A DNA stretch of 43,402 nt. Origin: Ministeria vibrans ATCC 50519. Taxonomy: Eukaryota > Protista > Filasterea. Below the pieces are notes generated by a model that searched no databases, was not told the DNA's origin, and saw only the letters and a program-made list of their open reading frames with translations. Shown here in pieces: positions 15,842 to 24,025 of the stretch. The DNA lies in NCBI GenBank assembly GCA_943704425.1, contig CALSCP010000157.1, positions 1 through 43,402 on the forward strand, in the 5' to 3' direction. The number at the start of each line of letters is the position of its first letter. Positions within the stretch are counted from its first letter, which is position 1. The position numbers and the translations under genes were made by a program.

Positions 15842-16818
15842 TGTGTGTGTGTGTGTGTGTGTGATAGAGAGAGTGAGAGAGAGAGAGCAAAGCAAAGCAA
15901 AAAGCAACGTTATAGAACGGATGCGAGTTTGTATATTGTTTTGTATATTGACAAGTCTCTTCTCGCTTCTCGTTGCATCAGACGGGAGTGTTTCACTCTG
16001 GTGCTCAAGGGACACATTGCGCTTGCGCAAATGCGTTTCCCCAAAGGTCGCGTGACGGGCCAACACTTGGATGCGTTTGCGCGCAGTGCCCTGTGGCAGA
16101 CTGGGCGAGACTATGCGCACGGCACTGGACACGGCGTGGGCCACTTCTCAGGCGTACACGAAGGTATCTTCTTCGTATGTCTTGTGCGTGTTTTTTGTGT
16201 GCTGCTGTGTGACTCACGTTTGTGTGTCTCAAAGGTCCTCAGCGTATCTCTCATCGGTTGGGTGGACCTCAGGTGGTGCTCAAAGAGGGAATGATCGTGA
16301 GCAACGGTACATACATGCGAATAACATAATATTTTTATTTTGTGTCATTTATATCACAATACTTATTTCATTTATGCGTTGCTTATGTCTATTTTGGTTT
16401 TATCCTTTTTTTTGTATATTTTAGAACCTGGTTATTACGAAGTGGGCAATTTTGGAATTCGCATTGAGAATCTGGTGGAAATTATTTCCTCTCCCTCTCA
16501 CGAAAACTTTCTCGAATTCAACACAATCTCGCTCGTAAACTATAAAAACACTCACGCACATAATATCACTGTACTCTCTTTTCTCCTCACTGAGTTGACA
16601 ATCACACAGCAATAGTGCAATATACTAATTGAAACAAAAACATAATTTAGGTTCCTATTCAACGGACAATGATTGACCGAGCACTGCTGACGGCCAGCGA
16701 ATGTGCGTGGCTCAACGCGTACCATGCACAGTGTCTGTCCGCTGTTGCCCCCATTCTCGAGCAACAGAACCGCCCTCAAGTGCTCGATTGGCTTCAGTCG
16801 CAAACTCAGCCCATTTAA
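13992..16818 (+). CDS. XPNPEP1: Xaa-Pro aminopeptidase (aminopeptidase P, cytosolic XPNPEP1 type), 9 exons
   Basis: [72 protein letters not shown]; TAA 16816-16818. Confidence 0.95.
15746..15838. repeat. (GA)n microsatellite directly after an XPNPEP1 5' splice site
   Basis: Perfect GA run starting within gtaag donor, followed by (GT)n. Confidence 0.97.
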
Positions 16819-17121
16819 ATAAACCTCCTCCTCTTTTTCTTTCTTACACTGTTGGATAGCTTCAAAATTCTAGTGCGCTTCAGAGCCTCAAGTCGATAGA
16901 TTTACGAATGATTGTGCCCGAGCATAATAATAATTATTATTAATTAATTGTCGTTTTTAAATGTCACCTTGGCTCCAATTTTACCGCACAAGAGTGACAG
17001 CAATTTATAGACAATAAATAAACGAATAATCCTTAAAAGAGACACACAAATAATTTTCTTTCATTCAATCTCTTTTCTCTCCCATCTCTCTCACTTAACA
17101 CACTCTCTAACTACAATGAAG

Positions 17122-19923
17122 TCACTTTTTGCTCTGATCCTGCTCGAGCAGTATGACAAAGCGCTCGAGGCGGCGCATAACTTCGCGTCCGGCGACAATG
17201 GCCTCGGCAAGGTCAACGCGGTGCCCGCTTAGAAGCGTCCGCAGCTGCTCTGTGTTGCCACTCAATGTCTCCATGGCGTCGGACGCGTCCATCTCCAGCG
17301 CCGTGTGCTGTGTCTCCAGCTGCATCCGCACCGAGTTGCTGGCGGCGCGCAGACCACTCTGGATGCGCCAGAAGAGCACGACGTCCTCGCATTCGAGCCC
17401 ATTAGCGGCGCCCTTGCGCTCCCCTGCTGTCGTGCCCTGTTTGCCCCGGCAGAACCTTGCTGCCTCTGCACTCCGCTTGGCAAACTCCTCGGCGTACATT
17501 GCCTCGTACACCTGCTCAATTTCCGTCTTGCTGGTGCCCGTCCCGTCCTCATCGTCAAACGACACGCCCCGTCGCTGCACAAGATTCTCACGCACCGCCG
17601 TGCGCTGCGTCGCCGACAGACGCGCCGGGGGTAGTGATCCCGCAGGCGTCGCATTTATGAGATGCTGCAGCTCCTCGTGAATACGCTGGGCGCGTCTCTG
17701 CACAGGCGTCGGCGAGCGCCACTTGACCCAGCACTGCCACACACCCGTGGGTCCCAGGACCTGCTGAAGTTGCTCGGCGTGCGCTTGCGCTTGTGCGTGC
17801 ATGCGCTCCAGTTGGAACGCACACGCGTCGTCCCATGCGCGGCCGTCAAGCGGTACATCGCGAAATGTGTCGCCCACTCGCGCTGCCAGACTGGCCACGG
17901 CCGAGGGAGGCCAGTCGCGGTCGCGCGCACACTCCGTCTCCACATACGCACACACGTCCTTGAGCACCGCACCCGCCTCGCCCCACGCCCCCAGACTGTC
18001 GACTAGCTCCCGGTGGAACCCGTCAAGAAGCACACGCAGCCCCACATGCACGCAGGTGCGCGACAGTCCTCCAAGGTCGTTCCACTCGCGCAGGCGGCGC
18101 TGCGAGTGCGTAGCAAACGTCATGGGCGACACCACATTGGAAGTGACCCCACCGGAGGTGGTCGACGAGAAGGTCGCGTCACCTGCGGCACTCATGTACA
18201 CTTCGTGCAGCAGCGTATCGCCCACCGAACCCCACAGGTGCGCAAGGACCGTCTCCTCGACAGCACGCGGTGAGGTGGTGCGCGCCGACGCCTGCAGTGC
18301 GTCCAGGACACGATGCTGAAAGCGCTGGTAGAGAGTATCACGCGACTCGGGCGCGCCTTTGAAAGTCGACTTCCACTCGCTCTCGCGCAGGTCCAGTTCG
18401 CGCTGGATGCGCACAGCCTCCTCGCGCACCGACACGCGCACCAAGCGCCAGAACTCATGATCGATGCGCGAGGCAAGGGCGCGCGTCGAGCGCTGGTCGT
18501 GTCGGATGTGTCCGTGGCGCACCAGCTTGCTCTGACGGAAGAAGTCGTTCTCATGGCGTTTAATCGCCTCAATGCTGTTATCGTCGGGCGACGCAGTGCC
18601 CGCAACCACGGCAAAGTACGCGAGTGCATTGAGGTTGAACACGTTGCCCTTCATAATCTCCGCCACGCGCTCTTCGCGCATCTGCTGCTCGGCCACGTCC
18701 ACCTTGGTCAGCACGACAATGGTGCGTGTGCCGTCCGGGTCGGCCGTGCGCACCACGTCGGCTGCGTTGCTGCGTTCGGCGTCCGTCGACCCGTCCTGCA
18801 CACACAAAATGAGTGCGTTTGGGTTGCTCATATGTGTGCGGCACATCTCTTCAATTTCGCGCTTGGTCGACGCCGGCATGCTGCGCGTGGGCGCTGCAAT
18901 GACGCCCGGTAGATCGACTAGCACCACACGACGCAGCCCAGGCCCCTGCACCGACAGCGAGATGGTCTCTGTGCTAATAGCGCCCCCAGCACGCTCTGCG
19001 CTCTTCCACATGAGCTCTTTGATGTCGGTGCGCAGTCGCTCCAGCTCGGTCTCCTTGCTGATCTCGTAGCGTTGCGTACCGATCCACGCCAGGCGCTCCG
19101 GCCCTTCCTCGAGCATCACCTGCACTGGCGCGCGTGTCATCATTTCGCCGCCACCGCGCGGGAACACGCGTGCGCCCGTCATCACCTCGAGCACCGAGGT
19201 CTTGCCGGCCGACTGGTCGCCGACGACTACGACGCGTGGCAAATGCTCCTGTACGCGATACTCAGCGCTCGCTTGTGACAACAAGTCGAGAATGTCGCTG
19301 TATTCGCTGAGGAGCGAACCGGCGGCGCCCGACCGGCGTCCGCCCGCCCCGTCCTGCTGCAGTTTGCGACGCAGTCTCAAGAGCTCTGCCATGAGCTTCT
19401 CATTCTCCGACTTCCAATGGGCACTTTCGCGCCGTGCGTCGTCTGCCTCGGTGCGCAACAGCTCCTCTTGCAGACGCGTCGCCTCGTCTTCGTCTTGGCG
19501 ATGTTGCGCCTCGACGTCGTCGTCGTCGTCCTTGGTGCCTTCGTCCGCCGCCACTGTTCCCGGCATGGGCTCGAGGGCACGGTGACGAGGCGGCGGGGGC
19601 GGCTGCGACGGCGGCAAAGACGAGGTCGAAGTCGACTCGATGGCGCGACCCGTCAAGTCGTGCAGCCGCGCAAGAGCCGCGTCGCGCATTCCGTAGAGAC
19701 GGTCTGCCGCGTCAGCCATGTTGGGATACTGGCTGAGCTGTGCCGACAGGTAGGCGGCGCCCGACGTCACCACCGCAACGCCCAGAAACCCCGTGCGCAT
19801 GATCAGCGTTCGCATTCCGCCCCCACCCGCCCCCGTCATCAGCGTGCGCCCCCCCGCGCCCCCTGGTGGCTTTATCAATCGTCCTGGCATCAAGCCAAGG
19901 CGGCTCGATGCTAAGCGAAGCAT
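17122..19923 (-). CDS. OPA1: Mitochondrial dynamin-like GTPase OPA1 (animal type), intronless
   Basis: Arg-rich presequence MLRLASSRL, TM segment, LPRVVVVGDQSAGKTSVLE, FPRGGGEMMTRAP, LVDLPG, CVQDGSTDAERS, VLTKVD, LECEDVVLFWRIQ: closely matches metazoan OPA1. Confidence 0.95.
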   Translation of the reverse strand: MLRLASSRLGLMPGRLIKPPGGAGGRTLMTGAGGGGMRTLIMRTGFLGVAVVTSGAAYLSAQLSQYPNMADAADRLYGMRDAALARLHDLTGRAIESTSTSSLPPSQPPPPPRHRALEPMPGTVAADEGTKDDDDDVEAQHRQDEDEATRLQEELLRTEADDARRESAHWKSENEKLMAELLRLRRKLQQDGAGGRRSGAAGSLLSEYSDILDLLSQASAEYRVQEHLPRVVVVGDQSAGKTSVLEVMTGARVFPRGGGEMMTRAPVQVMLEEGPERLAWIGTQRYEISKETELERLRTDIKELMWKSAERAGGAISTETISLSVQGPGLRRVVLVDLPGVIAAPTRSMPASTKREIEEMCRTHMSNPNALILCVQDGSTDAERSNAADVVRTADPDGTRTIVVLTKVDVAEQQMREERVAEIMKGNVFNLNALAYFAVVAGTASPDDNSIEAIKRHENDFFRQSKLVRHGHIRHDQRSTRALASRIDHEFWRLVRVSVREEAVRIQRELDLRESEWKSTFKGAPESRDTLYQRFQHRVLDALQASARTTSPRAVEETVLAHLWGSVGDTLLHEVYMSAAGDATFSSTTSGGVTSNVVSPMTFATHSQRRLREWNDLGGLSRTCVHVGLRVLLDGFHRELVDSLGAWGEAGAVLKDVCAYVETECARDRDWPPSAVASLAARVGDTFRDVPLDGRAWDDACAFQLERMHAQAQAHAEQLQQVLGPTGVWQCWVKWRSPTPVQRRAQRIHEELQHLINATPAGSLPPARLSATQRTAVRENLVQRRGVSFDDEDGTGTSKTEIEQVYEAMYAEEFAKRSAEAARFCRGKQGTTAGERKGAANGLECEDVVLFWRIQSGLRAASNSVRMQLETQHTALEMDASDAMETLSGNTEQLRTLLSGHRVDLAEAIVAGREVMRRLERFVILLEQDQSKK

Positions 19924-20299
19924 TGTTTTACCAAAAATGCAGAAGGAAGGAAAAAAATTAGTGAAGTTCAAGTTCGATTAGGTTTCGTTTTCCGAATGAC
20001 GTGATCGCTTTTTTTAAAATAGACATCATATTCTGTAGCGTGCACTATAAATTATACAGTCATAAGTATCAAATAAAACAATCTCTTTAGAGGAACTGTC
20101 AGAGTGGGAAGGCAAATATAATTCTATAATTATTATTATAAAAATTGTACGAATTATTTTGTTGTTTAATCAAACTTATAATCTCTCTCTCTCGCTAAAC
20201 ACACTTTTAAAGGGGGAGGGGAGGAGGAAACATCAAACAAAAAGAAGAAAACAACAAAACAAAAAGAAAAAAAAACGACACACAAGGCAGAAAGATTTT

Positions 20300-21892
20300 T
20301 TAGTTCCAGATTTTGAGGGTGGCATCCCAAGAGCCGGTGCAGAGAGCAAGGCCGTCCTTGCTGACACCAAGGCAGGCGACACGAGACTGATGGCCGTCGA
20401 GAATGCCGACGTCGACGCCCTTGACGGCATCCCAGATGCGCACGACGTTGTTGTCGTAGCCGGCAAAGAGGAGTCGCCCCGACTTGCTGAATGCAATTGA
20501 CGTAATGCCCACTTCGTCGCTCAAGGCCAGGTTGGCCACTTCGTTGTCCGATCGCATGTCAAAGATCTTCACTGAGCCGTCATCCGAGCCAGTTCCAAAT
20601 GACTAATGAAATACAGACAGCGAAGGGGAGAAAGAGTGAGAAATAAAAAAAGGAGATTTAAGATGAAAGAAAAGGTCATCTTACCTGATAGTTGGGGAAC
20701 CAGGCAACACTGTTGATGTCACCAGTGTGGCCGAAGAATGACTGAACTGACTTGCCGGAGCGCACGTCCCAGACCTTTGCGACATGGTCACATGAGGCGG
20801 AGACGAAGAGGTTGGGGTTGGACTCGTTGACGGCAATGGACATGACATCGGCTGTGTGGCCCTCGAGACGCGACTTGCACACCTCCTGGTTGATGTCCCA
20901 CACACCGCAGGTGCTATCGCCCGACGACGTGATCATGGTGTCGTCGGAAACAAAGCGGCAGCACGACAGATAGCCGGTGTGGCCCTTGAGAACGTGGTGT
21001 GCCTTGAAGTTGCCCTGTTGCGAGGTCAGACTGTACACGGAGCAGTTGTTGTCGAGGCCGCCGCACGCCACATAATTACCTGACGGTGCATATGCACACG
21101 TCATTACCCATGATGATGTCAATGGAATTGCGTGCACTGCAGGAGAGGAGAAGAAAGAACGTTAAGAGCAAACAAGAGAACAAAAAAAAAACAAAAAAAG
21201 CCACTTTTACCTTTGTTTGTAGTGTACGCATCCCAGACGATCAATTTACCATCCTGTGATGCACTGACGATGTGTCGACTGTCGTTTGCCCAATGCATGG
21301 AGTAGATTTTTGACAAGTGGCCCTGTGGGAAACAAAGGAGGAAAACCGCACAGGTTAAAAAAAGACGCTCTCTCTCTCGTTCGCTTTGCTTACCTTCAAG
21401 TTCCGTGCTTGTCGCATCACAACGCGGCCTGTGTCGGGAAGATCGCCACATGTCTGGGCGAGGTTGGTGTCCTATAATAGCAAAAGGGCGATGAGAAGAA
21501 GGAAGAAAAAAAATTCCACAAGAACATTATTCGATGGGACAGGCAAAAACAGGCAGGAAATTGGTGGGTTGACATTACAAGCGAGAGTGCACATGGTCAA
21601 GGGAGACGTAAGGGGCAGGAAAGGTTGAGAAGGAGAGAATGGAAGAAACATATCGATTCGATCTATTGAGTGTGCGCGCGCGAGAGAGAGAGAGACAGGA
21701 GGGAGGGAGCAAGGGGAGAAGACAAGCACGAAGACGGAGAGGGCGGTGGGTTGTTGAGAGAGTGTATGGGGTTGGGGTTAGGGAATGACGCAAAAGACGA
21801 TTTGCTTACGGCTGCTGAAGCTTGCACGTCCCTTCGCTTGTTCTGCAGCGCTTCCGCCTCTTGCTTGAGGGCATTTACTTTTGCGTCAGCCA
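20300..21892 (-). CDS. GNB: Heterotrimeric G-protein beta subunit (start codon unresolved)
   Basis: [10 protein letters not shown] coiled coil, [53 protein letters not shown]; five exons with GT-AG introns. Confidence 0.96.
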
Positions 21893-21901
21893 CTGCGTAG
21901 A

Positions 21902-21905
<4 letters not shown>

Positions 21906-21976
<71 letters not shown>
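21906..21976. repeat. (GA)n/(CT)n microsatellite forming the polypyrimidine tract of the first G-beta intron
   Basis: Perfect dinucleotide run ending 12 nt from the CAG acceptor at 21893-21895. Confidence 0.95.
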
Positions 21977-21981
<5 letters not shown>

Positions 21982-22395
21982 TTAGTGGAAATCACAGAGG
22001 TTTATGTTCCAAAAAAAAGAAAAAAAAAAGAAGAAGAGGCTGGAAGAAGAGGCATGTAAGGGGGTGCGGAGGGGAGGGGAGCCGTGAACACGGTAGTGTG
22101 GATGGGGAAAGCGAGGGAGGGCGAGGGAAACGAGGGAAGGAGAGACGGGTGGGAAAGCGGTGACGGCTGACGAAGTGGCAAGAGACGGCCCTAGCGGTGC
22201 ACAGGCCCTGGGGCGCGCATCTGGCGGCGCCATCACAGAGCAATGCCTGTCCACGGGCGTGTCCCAGCAACCAATGAACCCTTGGCGTCTTCTCAGAGTC
22301 GTTTTACACCTCCTTTTTTTTTTTTTTTTTTTTTTTTTGCCTTTTTTGCGTTGTGCTTTGTTGTATCCGACGCGCACGACACGACACGCCCAAGA

Positions 22396-22472
22396 ACGCT
22401 GATGAACATCCTACAAATCCAACGCTTAGTGGCGACTCAACAAGAATCGTCGTGTGCTGATTTGTCTGAGCT
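22396..22472 (+). ncRNA. Box C/D snoRNA 1, guide antisense to LSU rRNA AAGCGUUGGAUU (flank of the A-loop)
   Basis: C box cTGATGA 22399-22405, guide aatccaacgcttagtg 22416-22431, D'-like gcga, C' gtgctga 22454-22460, D CTGA 22466-22469. Confidence 0.8.
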
Positions 22473-22672
22473 TTTTAACCCTGAGTTTTGCTTTGAGTGG
22501 TCCTTTGTGTTGTGTCTCGTTGTGTCTTGTCGCTTCTCATCCGTTTCTGTGTTTGTGTGCTCAGGAGTCGGTCGTGCTGGTCTGTGCGCCACATCGATTG
22601 GAGGAGAGGACGGTAAGCAATGGCCCATTTGTTAGAATGTTTGTGTTCGTGTTGTGAGTGTGCAAATTAAAA

Positions 22673-22771
22673 ACTATGAGGAAAGTGTAATGACGGGCGG
22701 ACAGAGAAGCCACATCCCAAAAGTACAAACCCGTGGCATCTATTTCAATGTTGAATGTCATTCTTCTGAGT
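22673..22771 (+). ncRNA. SNORD43: Box C/D snoRNA 2, U43/snR70 homologue (SSU decoding-site Cm)
   Basis: C ATGAGGA 22676-22682; TGACGGGCGG-A-CAGA 22691-22705 is antisense to SSU CCGCCCGUC and identical to the human U43 guide+D' as recalled; C' atgttga; D CTGA 22766-22769. Confidence 0.9.
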
Positions 22772-22936
22772 CCTGTCATGTTGTGTGTCTCATGTGCGCA
22801 ATATCTCGTTGACTTGGCTCACACGTCGCTTTGTCTTTCAGATTCCGTTTCTCTCTTGTGTGCTTGCGACGACCGTCTTTGATTCTATAATCAGGTACAT
22901 TTTTGTTTTTTGAGCGAGATTTATAGAAATGTGTGT

Positions 22937-23023
22937 CAGTTGGAAGTGATTAGAAAGCGCTAAACTTTTCAAAATTATTTTATGTTGAGAAAAATGTTGT
23001 TCGGTTCATCGATGATTCAACTG
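22937..23023 (+). ncRNA. Box C/D snoRNA 3, guide antisense to LSU rRNA GAUGAACCGAAC
   Basis: 8-bp terminal stem cagttgga/ttcaactg, C GTGATTA 22946-22952, C' atgttga, guide gttcggttcatc 22999-23010, D ATGA 23012-23015. Confidence 0.82.
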
Positions 23024-23214
23024 TTCCGTTTTGTGTTTGTTTTTATTCTCTTGTCGTGTATGTGTGTGACTCATTCAAGCAATGTGTAGATATGGATATA
23101 GACAGCATACGCATATCAAAGCGAAGGCCCTAGAAATAGATAGGTGAGGCAGAAAGAAGAAAGGATGTGAGAGACACATTGTTGTTATGAGAGAAGTGTG
23201 TGTTTGAGTTGCGA

Positions 23215-23328
23215 GTGGAAAGGATGATTCCAAACCCGAAATACAATAGGAAGTGCCGTCTGATTTGGGCCTGGTGCGCATCGGCGTGCCAGTGTCCCAC
23301 TGCTGCATAAATGGGTGTCTGATTCTAT
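23215..23328 (+). ncRNA. SNORD49: Box C/D snoRNA 4, U49 homologue (LSU peptidyl-transferase-centre Cm)
   Basis: C-like AGGATGA 23221-23227; AATAGGAAGTGCCGT-CTGA 23245-23263 antisense to LSU CGGCUCUUCCUAU and matching the recalled human U49 guide; D CTGA 23319-23322; terminal stem gtggaa/ttctat. Confidence 0.88.
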
Positions 23329-23539
23329 TTTTTGTGTCCAATATTGTTTCTTACGTTTCTTTTTTTTTGCTCAATAATAACAATTGTTTTTTGTTTTAGA
23401 TTTTGTGTGTGTTCCGATTTGGCACAAATCACGGAAGGGTTCTCTTGTCAAACAAAACAATACACAAACCCTTTTTTTTTTTGAGATCGAATTTTTTGAA
23501 AGATTTCATGGTGTACAGAAAAGAGAACTTTTGTTTTGG

Positions 23540-23986
23540 TTAATCGTCTGGGTGAGAGACAGTGTGGGAGAGAGCCATATCCCAGTACTGGTCGACGTTT
23601 GCGGCGCGGAGGACGTCCCGGGCAGCCATCTCAGTCGCACAGCGACGCGTCTTGAACCCTTGGAACTGGCGGGCGGTGACGACGCCCTAGAGGGAGGAGG
23701 GAAGGGGAGTCAGGGGTGTCGTGTGTTGATTGTGTGAGTTGTATGTGTATGTGAGAGAGAGAAAAAAAAGTGTATGTAAAAGAAGGAGAAAGACACAAAA
23801 GTGATAGAGAGAGTGCAATTGTAGTTGTCCTTTCTATTATCGAATAGGTGATTTGTGCGTGTGCGCGCTTCGCGTGTGTTTTGTGTGTGTACCTCCCAGA
23901 CAAGGAAGCATGCATTTGCGCGCGGCTCGTCGTTATCTGCGTTGGCCGCCCCCGCCAGTGTGCTGCTTTCCACATTATCCTCCTAT

Positions 23987-24025
<39 letters not shown>

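Larger units (their letters stand above)
22274..23484 (+). ncRNA. Multi-intron snoRNA host transcript (GAS5/UHG/SNHG-like); ends approximate
   Basis: Short internal exons 22565-22612, 22842-22894, 23090-23143 and a last exon from 23400, with canonical AG/GT sites (gtaag, gtaca, gtgag); each of the four introns holds one box C/D snoRNA whose D box lies 95, 72, 74 and 77 nt before the 3' splice site. Confidence 0.82.

Noticed and set aside
23001-23015. ttcatcgatg also complementary to 5.8S rRNA
   Set aside because: That match runs through the D box; the 12-nt LSU match is longer and correctly positioned.
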